This document shows, piece after piece, positions 36,611-45,881 of a stretch of 64,000 bases of DNA (its first letter is position 1; every line of letters begins with the position of its first letter). The position numbers and the translations under genes were made by a program. The notes below the pieces were generated by a model. That model ran no database searches. It was not told the DNA's origin and was given only the letters and a program-made list of their open reading frames with translations. The DNA is from an uncultured virus (IMG/VR IMGVR_UViG_3300021602_000281). Its lineage: Duplodnaviria; Heunggongvirae; Uroviricota; Caudoviricetes. Location: IMG/VR virus record IMGVR_UViG_3300021602_000281; one strand, written 5' to 3'.

Positions 36611-37041
36611 TGATCGAATCGCACACCGAGGGGTGTGGTGCATTGATATATGCTAAATCCACTAACCGTTATCTTTTCCTGTTACGTAACAAATCAAAGC
36701 ATTCCGGATCATGGGGAATAGTTGGAGGTAAAATAGAATCCAACGAAACAGTTATCCAAGGCTTGGTGCGAGAGATACAAGAAGAAATTGGTGTTAATTA
36801 TACCAATGCAAAATTTATTCCGTTAGAAACATTTACCGCAGACAATCGTAAATTTGTATACTATACTTTTCTAATTGGTATAAAGGATGAATTTGTTCCT
36901 ATACTTAACGAGGAACACAGAGGATATTGTTGGGTTGAACTTAATGATTATCCAAGGCCACTGCATCCTGGACTATGGCGTAGTTTTAATTTTGATATCA
37001 TTAAAAAGAAAATTAAAACGTTAGAATCAATATTAAACTAA
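36610..37041 (+). CDS. Nudix hydrolase
   Basis: Nudix box GGKIESNETVIQGLVREIQEEIG. Confidence 0.92.
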   Translation: MIESHTEGCGALIYAKSTNRYLFLLRNKSKHSGSWGIVGGKIESNETVIQGLVREIQEEIGVNYTNAKFIPLETFTADNRKFVYYTFLIGIKDEFVPILNEEHRGYCWVELNDYPRPLHPGLWRSFNFDIIKKKIKTLESILN

Positions 37042-37778
37042 CCAATATCTGCTTCTATTACAAACTCTCTAAACGTAATTTGTCTAAAATTCATTAGGCT
37101 ATGAAATACATCACTTGCATACCAATCTTTTGTGGGCATCACACTAACAAAGTCTACATCAGAGTATGTTTCCATAACAGATTTTAAAGTTATGTTCCAA
37201 AATGTTTCATCTTGTTCCGCTTCACTCGAAGGATAGCCATTTGTATTTTTGTATACATTATTAACCGGGCCAAGACCGTGACATCCATCGTAGCCCATTA
37301 AAAATATTTTCTTATGTCCATCAAAACATGCTAGATATACAGCTAATGCACCGGCATCATAACTTACGTTTTGTGGGATTAAATAAAATTTACTAGGGTA
37401 CGATATAATGTGCTCACCGTTTGAATATACGATATGGTTTTCTGTATAACCAGACTCTGCAATTTCTTTGACTATTGTGTCGCCAACTGCCACTAAAAAA
37501 TCTGGGGTAAAATCTCTATATAACGCATTGCACCCATAACTTTGCAGTTTATCTTTTGCAAGTAGCCCGCCGCGGTGATTGGCAATATGTGTTAGATCAA
37601 ATTCTTTTCGTGTTTCGCCGTTGCCAATGGCAATAGCTTGCCCTGTGGTAAATGTATTGGATACCTGTGTAGGAACATGTTCTGTCAATGGAACCCACTC
37701 ACCTTTTGTGTACGATAGTTGTGTGATAACGCTTTCGCCGGCGTATTCACTACGATACATTCTTTTTAAATTTTGCAT
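37038..37778 (-). CDS. Hypothetical Rossmann-like protein (DUF115/glycosyltransferase-like)
   Basis: IGNG.T, YGCNALYR..PD.LV, IFLMGYD motifs. Confidence 0.5.
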   Translation of the reverse strand: MQNLKRMYRSEYAGESVITQLSYTKGEWVPLTEHVPTQVSNTFTTGQAIAIGNGETRKEFDLTHIANHRGGLLAKDKLQSYGCNALYRDFTPDFLVAVGDTIVKEIAESGYTENHIVYSNGEHIISYPSKFYLIPQNVSYDAGALAVYLACFDGHKKIFLMGYDGCHGLGPVNNVYKNTNGYPSSEAEQDETFWNITLKSVMETYSDVDFVSVMPTKDWYASDVFHSLMNFRQITFREFVIEADIG

Positions 37779-39926
37779 TTAGAATCTCCCCACGACTACT
37801 TCAATCGTTTCTATTGTGTTAGTATTTATCGTGGTTAATGCTTTCCCTATAACACACCCCGGAACAAATTTACTGTTATCTATTGCTTGTGCGACCCCCG
37901 GAATATCGCTAGTGACCACAATTTGTCCTTTACGCACTGGGCCAATTACACGACACGGAACCCGCCCAGTTAATGCAACTTCTAATCCTTCGGCCAAGGT
38001 ATTCATACTATACCCGGGATTAGTGGATATCACGCCTGCTACCGTGGTATCATAACTGGTAGTTGATATCGTGATTTCTTTTTCTCCACCAAACACAACA
38101 ACGGTACCGGGAGGATAATCTAAATCGGAACTGTACTTTTCTGCTAAGTCGGCGTAGAGTGCTTTACTGGCCGTACCGTAAAGCGTTCCGTTATCGCTGT
38201 CAAGGAAGATACGTGGCGTTCCTGCAGAACATACATACATACCCCAATGATTAGCCGGGGCGCCAGTTGTCGATGCAATGGCAAAATTACTAGTATATGT
38301 ATAACAGTAACCAATACCGTACATAGTATTTAATGTACTGCTAGTTGGTACATAGCTTCCGCCAATACTATAAATTGCCCCGGTCGTTGATACTGTTTCA
38401 ACTGACGCATATTGTCCATCTAGAAAGCCGGCAGCTGCCGCGGAACGTTTTAATGAGCCGGAGGTTGTTATAGCTCCAAATGTTGGTGTTGCTGATGTTG
38501 CAACACTTTGACCGATGCTAAAAGTTACTGCGCCTGTTGCGCCCGATACGCTAACTCCGGTGCCTGCAACAGCACTCGTCACTCCCGAATTGGTAATAGT
38601 GACTGCACCGGTTGCTCCTGACACGCTAATTGCTGTACCTGCCACCGCACTTGTTACACCGGCATTGGTTAGCGTAATTGAACTACCTAAACTTACGGCG
38701 CCGCCGCCACTCATACCAGTACCGGCTGTTACGGTTACAGAACTATTAACTAGACCGGCATTTGGCAATCCAGTACAGCTGGTCAATGTACCAGAAGAAG
38801 GAGTTCCAAGAGCTGGAGTCACCAATGTCGGGCTGGTCGAAAGGACATTATTTCCAGAACCAGTGGAAGCCGTAACACCTGTGCCGCCTTGGGCTACCGG
38901 AATCGTTGTAAATCCAGATCCAATGCTACCCGCAGTCAATGCACCAACTCCAGTGATACCTGTATATGATCCAGAGATTTGAGCACTTGGTACAGTACCA
39001 CTTGATAAGTTACTTGCGTTTAATGAAGTTAAGTATGTACCTGTACCGACATGGTTAGCACTAATGTTACCGACTGTGCCAGCATTTAATGTACTTGCTA
39101 TAATAGTACCAGTTAGAGTTGTGCTGGCCGCGGTAAATGCTCCGCTTACAGCCAGTGATGTCAAGGTACCTACACTAGTTAAGCTACTTGCCGTAACACC
39201 GCTTGCTAATGTTGATCCACTTAGTGTTCCGGCTGGTGCAACTACCGCGGCAGTTGAGGTAGTACTAACTCGCCCATATGCGTCTGTTGTTATAACTGGA
39301 ATGGCTGTACTGCTACCGGTTGTAACTGCTCCTGGTCCAGTCAGTGACATTGTTATGTTGCCAGTGACAATACTTAGGTTACCAGGGCCGCCAGATGTAC
39401 TGGCTACCCGAGTGCCGTTATCATAAACCCCACGACCATATAATGTACTTTGTACATCTGTATTACCAGTGGTCGCAAAAGCACCAGTTACTGTAATCGG
39501 ATTAGAACCGGTGCGTCCAATATAGTTTGTGGTGTTGGTGCTACCAAACACAAGATAACCTTGCGTACCATCTTGCTGGCCTTTTAGTGCCATGGTGTTA
39601 GCAATGTTAACATCACCTAACCATACATCGTCCCCAACTGCATAGTTTGTACCATTTCCGTTGTTGGTTGCATAGAATTGGCCTGCGGTGATGTTACCAG
39701 TTGTTACATGTGCAGAGTTACCAGTAAAATAATAAAGAGATGCAGCACCAAGGGTGCCGCCGCTGTTGTATTGTACTTGTCCAGACACCCCAGCAGGTGA
39801 ACTTCCACCACCACCTGAACTAATTACGTTGTTATTTCCGGCCCAAAATAAGCCGGCAGTAGTATACAGTCCTGCATTGACTGTTAAATTACCATATACT
39901 GTTGATCCGCCTTGTAGTTTTGCCAT
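37779..39926 (-). CDS. Fibre protein with C-terminal YADLAE (peptidase G2/intramolecular chaperone-like) domain
   Basis: G/T/S-rich repeats, YADLAEKY..GRVPC.V.G..IGKAL. Start moved to ATG 39926, 7 nt after TAAATA. Confidence 0.75.
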   Translation of the reverse strand: MAKLQGGSTVYGNLTVNAGLYTTAGLFWAGNNNVISSGGGGSSPAGVSGQVQYNSGGTLGAASLYYFTGNSAHVTTGNITAGQFYATNNGNGTNYAVGDDVWLGDVNIANTMALKGQQDGTQGYLVFGSTNTTNYIGRTGSNPITVTGAFATTGNTDVQSTLYGRGVYDNGTRVASTSGGPGNLSIVTGNITMSLTGPGAVTTGSSTAIPVITTDAYGRVSTTSTAAVVAPAGTLSGSTLASGVTASSLTSVGTLTSLAVSGAFTAASTTLTGTIIASTLNAGTVGNISANHVGTGTYLTSLNASNLSSGTVPSAQISGSYTGITGVGALTAGSIGSGFTTIPVAQGGTGVTASTGSGNNVLSTSPTLVTPALGTPSSGTLTSCTGLPNAGLVNSSVTVTAGTGMSGGGAVSLGSSITLTNAGVTSAVAGTAISVSGATGAVTITNSGVTSAVAGTGVSVSGATGAVTFSIGQSVATSATPTFGAITTSGSLKRSAAAAGFLDGQYASVETVSTTGAIYSIGGSYVPTSSTLNTMYGIGYCYTYTSNFAIASTTGAPANHWGMYVCSAGTPRIFLDSDNGTLYGTASKALYADLAEKYSSDLDYPPGTVVVFGGEKEITISTTSYDTTVAGVISTNPGYSMNTLAEGLEVALTGRVPCRVIGPVRKGQIVVTSDIPGVAQAIDNSKFVPGCVIGKALTTINTNTIETIEVVVGRF

Positions 39927-39942
39927 AGTAGTGTATTTATCG

Positions 39943-41457
39943 TTATATTCCGTAGCGTCTGCGTAGGGCATTAAAGTTGTTGGCTACTTCGTCGGCTGAT
40001 AATCCACGATTATATGCCATAAATGCGCCCACACTACCACTGGCGTATCCGGTAGTTCCCATATTTGTACTATCTATAGCCATCAGTGGAAAAAATGTAT
40101 TGGCACCGGGACTTGACCAAGAAATATTATTGGTACCAACACTTACGCCGTTGACATAGGCTGTGGCTGTAGTTCCGTTATAGGTAATTACTAGATTGTA
40201 CCAGGCATTTAAACTTTGAGTTGATGTTGCTATCACCGTATCTGCAGCTCCAGTCCATTGTCCAAATTTTATTACACCGGTTGCAGATATTTCCATAGCA
40301 CTATAGTGATAGGCTGTGTTAATAGTTGCCTGACCTGTGACAGCCACCAATTGGCCTGCACCTGTTGGGTACACCCACAGATTCATGGTATAGGCATTGA
40401 AGGTAGTAGAATTAAATAGTGTGGTGCTGTGAGTTGTAAACTGGCTACTTGCGCCGGCAAAAGTTAATACTGGACCGCTGTTGTTGTAGGTATATGTTGG
40501 ACTGTTAGATAATGTGTAATTTTTACTATTAACAGTTAAATCATACCAAGTTGATCCTACGTTGGCAAAACTAGCCGACTGTGTAGAATCCAACCAAACC
40601 ATCACCGATGAATCTACCACTGGCGCTCCTGTAAACTCATCAATTTCCGTATATACTTCTGCGGTGCCGTCGTTGACTTGTCGTTGGGCCACTGTTGTTC
40701 CACGATTAAATGGTCCTATAGCAGTCCAGGTAGCTGTGCTATTGTTGGTTACGGTGTAATTGTTTGGGCTGTTGTCTTTGATAAAGTTAGCAGAGTCAGT
40801 GGCATTTAGCAGTAAACTTGTGCCTGGTATAGAAGGTAGTATTGCCTGCGGTGGAGTAAAGTTGGCGGTGTAAACTGCTGTGCCGTTTACTACGCGAAGA
40901 TTGGAAATATATCCTGGAAAATAAAAAAAAGAGCCACCATTATATCGACCTACATTAACTATTGACGTTGTTCCTGGAGTATAAGTAGTTGTTCCGGCCA
41001 ATACCCCATTTACATAGCCACTTGTGGTTGTTCCGCTTCTAACAAACGCAATATGATTCCAGGCATTTATTGTGGGAGTAACTGCGGACATTGCCGTTAC
41101 GCCATTTACTCCATCGTCGGCCACTAGTTGATTAGATGAATTTTTCCACAAATTAATTCCACTATTGCTACCATTGTTAAAACTAACTATAGTGGTTTGT
41201 GTTGATCCAGTTGTCCAGTAACACCACATCTCCACGGTCCAAGTTCCGGATAAATTTGGACTTGTAGCAGACAAGTATTGTGTTGTTCCGTTAAAAGATA
41301 TAGCACCAGTGCCCAACGTAACTTCATCAAATGCAGAAGCATAAACTGTATTAATTGTTGTACGAAACTTAGCCGGAGAAATTGATGTATACTCGTCAAA
41401 TGTTCCGTTGACAAGTAGTGTTCCAGTTTTAGTTAATCTAGAAGTTAAAGTTGGCAT
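39943..41457 (-). CDS. Concanavalin A/LamG-domain lectin-like virion protein
   Basis: WTVEMW, WNHIAFVRSG..YVNG, GYISNLRVV; second domain ends YNRGLSA.EV..NF. Confidence 0.8.
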   Translation of the reverse strand: MPTLTSRLTKTGTLLVNGTFDEYTSISPAKFRTTINTVYASAFDEVTLGTGAISFNGTTQYLSATSPNLSGTWTVEMWCYWTTGSTQTTIVSFNNGSNSGINLWKNSSNQLVADDGVNGVTAMSAVTPTINAWNHIAFVRSGTTTSGYVNGVLAGTTTYTPGTTSIVNVGRYNGGSFFYFPGYISNLRVVNGTAVYTANFTPPQAILPSIPGTSLLLNATDSANFIKDNSPNNYTVTNNSTATWTAIGPFNRGTTVAQRQVNDGTAEVYTEIDEFTGAPVVDSSVMVWLDSTQSASFANVGSTWYDLTVNSKNYTLSNSPTYTYNNSGPVLTFAGASSQFTTHSTTLFNSTTFNAYTMNLWVYPTGAGQLVAVTGQATINTAYHYSAMEISATGVIKFGQWTGAADTVIATSTQSLNAWYNLVITYNGTTATAYVNGVSVGTNNISWSSPGANTFFPLMAIDSTNMGTTGYASGSVGAFMAYNRGLSADEVANNFNALRRRYGI

Positions 41458-41460
41458 TGA

Positions 41461-44280
41461 CTATCCAAAAATTGTGTCAATGCTATTTGCTGTACTGTTG
41501 AATACTGTGTACGCACTACTCACAGAGTTTGCTTGCCATACATAACCTACACGATTGCCAACATATATGTTACCACCAACTCCGACACCACCTGTACTAA
41601 CTATTGCGCCAGTTACGTTTGATGTAGATGCTGTACCACTGGTACCAACAATGTTTCCTGACGCTATAATAGTACTTGATGTTGTTACTGTTGCGCCTGT
41701 TAACGTTGCTCCAGCATTACCAATTGTTCCAGCATTCAAAGTTGATGCTATAATAGTACCACTTGATGTAACGGCACCAACACCCAATGATGTTAAGGTA
41801 CCAACCGATGTAATATTAGGTTGGGCCGCAGTCTGCAACGTGCCGGTTACGGTAGCACCTGTATTACCAATGGTGCCAGCATTTAGTGTACTTGCAATTA
41901 TTGTTCCGCTTGATGTAACTGCACCAACAGCAAGTGAGGTTAATGTACCAACCGATGTAATATTAGGTTGGGCCGCAGTTTGTAAAGCACCAGTTAAAGT
42001 AGCGCCTGTGTTACCAATGGTGCCAGCATTTAGTGTACTTGCAATTATTGTTCCGGTTAATGTTGAACTGGCCGCGGTAAATGCTCCGCTTACAGCCAGT
42101 GATGTCAAGGTACCAACTGATGTAATATTAGTTTGGGCAGCAGTTGATAGTGTACCGGTTAACGTAGCACCTGCGTTACCAATCGTTCCAGCATTTATTG
42201 TACTTGCAATAATTGTGCCGGTTAGTGTAGCACTGGTACCAATATATGTAGCACCTGTATTACCAATTGTGCCAGCTTGTACCGTACTTGCAATTATTGT
42301 TCCACTTGATGTAACTGCGCCAACGCCTAATGATGTTAATACTCCCAATGATGTAACGTTTGGTTGTGCTGCAGTTGATATTGTACCTGTTAGTGTGGCA
42401 CCTGCGTTACCAATTGTACCTGCTTGTACTGTACTTGCAATTATTGTGCCAGCGGCAGTAAGTGATATTGTATTAGCAAGAAATAGTGCGCCTGATTTAA
42501 TTGTTCCTAAGGTTATTCCAGTAAACACGTTTCCTGTATCATTGCCAGTGTCGTAATACGTTAGATATCCAGTATTATTTACTCTACCAAGGAATCCGCA
42601 ATTGTCGCCATTGGTCACTGTGTAGTAGTGAAACTTAATACCAATATCTGCGCCGTCATTTGCTACCAATGGTGTTAAATCATTTGGAGTATGTAAATTA
42701 ATAATTGGATCTTGTATACTTAAACTTGTTGAGGCAATGCTTACGCTTTGGCCGGCTACTGTTAAATTTCCACTAACTACTAAATTGCCTACTGCTGTTG
42801 TGGTTACTCCAGCAGTACCAAAAGTAACTAATCCAGCCAATGTTGTGATATTTGGTTGTGATGCACTTGATGAATTTAGTGTTCCGTACAATGCCGCATT
42901 TGCATTACCGATGGTACCAGCTTGTACTGCACTAGCAATTATTGTTCCGCTTGATGTAACAGCACCAACACTCAATGATGTTAAGGTACCAACCGATGTA
43001 ACGTTTGGTTGTGCGGCCGTTTGTAAAGTGCCGGTTACAGTAGAACCTGTATTACCAATGGTACCAGCTTGTACTGTACTTGCAATTATTGTTCCACTAC
43101 TTGTTATCGAAGCAGTAGTAGTTGCACCAGTAACGCCCAGTGTTGAATTAAATGTGCCAGACGTAAATGCGGCTGTACCTGGTGTTACATTACCAATGGC
43201 TTGTGCTTGTAATCCTCCGGTGGTTGCTGTTGTAAATGCGGCTGTACCAGGTGTTACATTACCAATGGCTTGTGCTTGTAATCCTCCGGTGGTTGCTGTT
43301 GGTAAAGTTGATGATCCACTTACAGCAAGAGAAGTTAATGTACCAACTGATGTAATATTTGGTTGCGACGCTGTTTGTAAAGTGCCGGTTACGGTAGAAC
43401 CTGTATTACCAATAGTACCTGCATTTAATGTTGATGCTATAACAGTACCGCTTGATGTAACTGCACCTGTTACTAAAGATCCCGAGTATACAGCACCGCT
43501 GATTCCGGCGCCGCCTGTTATTTGTAAAGCACCTGTTCCTGTGCTTGTGCTTGCTACACCAGAACTTAAAATTAAATTACCAAATCCTGCAGATGCAGTT
43601 GATGATGATGGGGTTGCTCCTGCCGCGGCCAACGTAAATGTTGCACCGGACTGATGAGCTAAAGTAATACCCGAGGATGTTGTGCCTAAAGTTGCTCCAC
43701 CTAGATCAATTGTATTACCACTTAAATATAAAGTTCTAAATCTTTGTGTTGGGCTACCCAGGTCGTAAATTACGTTTGCACTTGGTAATATGTGTCCAGT
43801 TGTTAGGTTTCCTGTAATTGATCCAGTGCCGCCAATATTTAATGCACCACTAATGCCTGCGCCGCCGGCAACAACTAATGCGCCAGTTGTAGTATTAGAA
43901 CTAACGGTTCCAGAATTAGCAACCAAGTTACCAGCAACAACTTCAACCCCAAGGACTGTTTCTGTTTGTCTAAACAATGCTATCCCGGTAACTGTGAGAT
44001 CACCTTGTACTGTATGTGTTCCACTAACCAATGGCGCATATCCAGTGATAGCAATATTACTGTCAGTAACACCTGTGTTTGACGTAAACGAAGTAACAAA
44101 CGCATTGCCCGATTCACTCCAGTATAATGCAACGTTTGATACTAACCCGTTAGCACGATTCATTATGAATCCAACGTCTACGTTGGCTACTGTCGCACCG
44201 GCATGTAACACAGTGAGTGGATCAGATCCTGCAAAAACGCTGGTATCTAGTTGCCCTATTCGTGGTTTAGTTAATGCCAT
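41461..44280 (-). CDS. Repetitive fibre protein
   Basis: Many TIIASTxxAGTIGN and QPNITSVGTL repeats. Confidence 0.8.
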   Translation of the reverse strand: MALTKPRIGQLDTSVFAGSDPLTVLHAGATVANVDVGFIMNRANGLVSNVALYWSESGNAFVTSFTSNTGVTDSNIAITGYAPLVSGTHTVQGDLTVTGIALFRQTETVLGVEVVAGNLVANSGTVSSNTTTGALVVAGGAGISGALNIGGTGSITGNLTTGHILPSANVIYDLGSPTQRFRTLYLSGNTIDLGGATLGTTSSGITLAHQSGATFTLAAAGATPSSSTASAGFGNLILSSGVASTSTGTGALQITGGAGISGAVYSGSLVTGAVTSSGTVIASTLNAGTIGNTGSTVTGTLQTASQPNITSVGTLTSLAVSGSSTLPTATTGGLQAQAIGNVTPGTAAFTTATTGGLQAQAIGNVTPGTAAFTSGTFNSTLGVTGATTTASITSSGTIIASTVQAGTIGNTGSTVTGTLQTAAQPNVTSVGTLTSLSVGAVTSSGTIIASAVQAGTIGNANAALYGTLNSSSASQPNITTLAGLVTFGTAGVTTTAVGNLVVSGNLTVAGQSVSIASTSLSIQDPIINLHTPNDLTPLVANDGADIGIKFHYYTVTNGDNCGFLGRVNNTGYLTYYDTGNDTGNVFTGITLGTIKSGALFLANTISLTAAGTIIASTVQAGTIGNAGATLTGTISTAAQPNVTSLGVLTSLGVGAVTSSGTIIASTVQAGTIGNTGATYIGTSATLTGTIIASTINAGTIGNAGATLTGTLSTAAQTNITSVGTLTSLAVSGAFTAASSTLTGTIIASTLNAGTIGNTGATLTGALQTAAQPNITSVGTLTSLAVGAVTSSGTIIASTLNAGTIGNTGATVTGTLQTAAQPNITSVGTLTSLGVGAVTSSGTIIASTLNAGTIGNAGATLTGATVTTSSTIIASGNIVGTSGTASTSNVTGAIVSTGGVGVGGNIYVGNRVGYVWQANSVSSAYTVFNSTANSIDTIFG

Positions 44281-44315
44281 ATTTTATACAAATCCATAAT
44301 ATTCTATGTATTTAT

Positions 44316-44344
44316 TAAAAAAACAAAAGGGCCCGTAGGCCCTT
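44316..44344 (-). terminator. Intrinsic terminator
   Basis: AAGGGCC-TACG-GGCCCTT followed by TTGTTTTTTT. Confidence 0.8.
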
Positions 44345-44362
44345 GTTGTTAAAAAATTGCTG

Positions 44363-45847
44363 TTAAAGTCTGCCAGCTACCACTTCAATTTGTCCTTTGG
44401 CCCCTGAAAAATCGCTTAATGCCTTGCCAATTACAGTTCCCATTCCTGGGTTATCCTTGGATTTGGCATAGCCAAATCCGGCACTAACCATCATGTCGCC
44501 TTTCTTAACTGGACCAATTACATTACATGGTACACGACCAGTTAATGCAACCGGAACTACGTTGGCTCCGCTTAGTCCACCATTCATCAAATGTGCTGGA
44601 TTTGTAGATACTACCCCAGCAACAGCCGATGTTTCTGTGCTGGCTAAAGTAACTTCATATTCTCCGCCAAACATTACTACAGTTCCTGGTGTATATAATT
44701 TGTCGCCTTGGTAATTTTCTGCCAAGTCAGCGTACTGTGCTGTTGTTGCTTTACCGTACATTGTACCAAAATAATTGCTTACACTACCAATGTCGCCGGT
44801 CCCCGATGTTCCGCTTTTAACAATAGATGGTACTGTAATTTGTGTTGTGAAAGTTGGGCTTGTACCAAAAACTAGTGCGCCAGTTCCTGTTTCATCGGAA
44901 ATAATTCCAGCAAGTTCTGATGAAGACGTTGCTGCATGAACAGAAAGTTTATTAGAAGTATAAACAACTGTTCCACCGGTACCAAATGCCACAGATGATG
45001 AATCAGTACCTGTAAAAGTTAGTGTATTTGATACTGATAATGTTTTAGCATTTGTAAGTGTTAGTGTGCCAGTACTGCTTGTAATAGTTAATCCATTGAT
45101 ACTTGTTGCCAGTGCCGCGCCCAATGTAGGTGTAACCAGTGTTGGACTGGAACTAAGCACCATGCTACCAGTTCCAGTAACTGAGTTACTTAATGCAACA
45201 CCACCATATGTTAATGCCGATGATAATGTAGTTGCACCAGCTATGTTCAATACCCCGCCAACATAAGCGGCGCCTGCAATACCGGCGCCACCGGCAACTT
45301 GTAAAGCACCGGTTGTGGAACTAGTTGATGTTGTTGTTGGAATAATTCTAACGTTTGATGTGCTTGCCCACATTACCTGTGTGCTTGTACCCGAGTCACC
45401 TGCGTATACACGAATTACATCGTCACCTGCGCCTGCGCTAGATTCTGCTGTAATATATGCTTTACCATCAACAGACTTAACACCACCTAAACTTGACCAT
45501 GCGCTACCTGCACCAAATCCTTCAAACGAACTAATGGTGCTGTTATAACGAATCATACCTAGCGTGGCTGCGCCTGGGCGTTGAGCTGTTGTTCCAGCTG
45601 GAATTTGTATTGATGTTGTTCCTGTAGAAACTAAGTTTCCACCAAGATATAAGTTTCCGCCAATACCAGCACCACCAACAACCACTAATGCGCCTGTTGC
45701 TGTTCCTGTGCTGATAGTACTTGCACCTGCAACAATGTTGCCGGTGCCGATGATTGTACTTGTTGTGCTAATTGCACCACTAGTGCCATCGATTGTGGTT
45801 GGCCCTACCGTTAGACCGTTACGTACTACAAAGTTATTATTTGCCAT
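44363..45847 (-). CDS. Fibre protein with C-terminal YADLAE domain
   Basis: P.GTTAQRP..GMIRYN module, YADLAENY C-terminus. Confidence 0.78.
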   Translation of the reverse strand: MANNNFVVRNGLTVGPTTIDGTSGAISTTSTIIGTGNIVAGASTISTGTATGALVVVGGAGIGGNLYLGGNLVSTGTTSIQIPAGTTAQRPGAATLGMIRYNSTISSFEGFGAGSAWSSLGGVKSVDGKAYITAESSAGAGDDVIRVYAGDSGTSTQVMWASTSNVRIIPTTTSTSSTTGALQVAGGAGIAGAAYVGGVLNIAGATTLSSALTYGGVALSNSVTGTGSMVLSSSPTLVTPTLGAALATSINGLTITSSTGTLTLTNAKTLSVSNTLTFTGTDSSSVAFGTGGTVVYTSNKLSVHAATSSSELAGIISDETGTGALVFGTSPTFTTQITVPSIVKSGTSGTGDIGSVSNYFGTMYGKATTAQYADLAENYQGDKLYTPGTVVMFGGEYEVTLASTETSAVAGVVSTNPAHLMNGGLSGANVVPVALTGRVPCNVIGPVKKGDMMVSAGFGYAKSKDNPGMGTVIGKALSDFSGAKGQIEVVAGRL

Positions 45848-45881
45848 GGTTCCATATTCCCCGTGTCAGCATTTTGTTAAA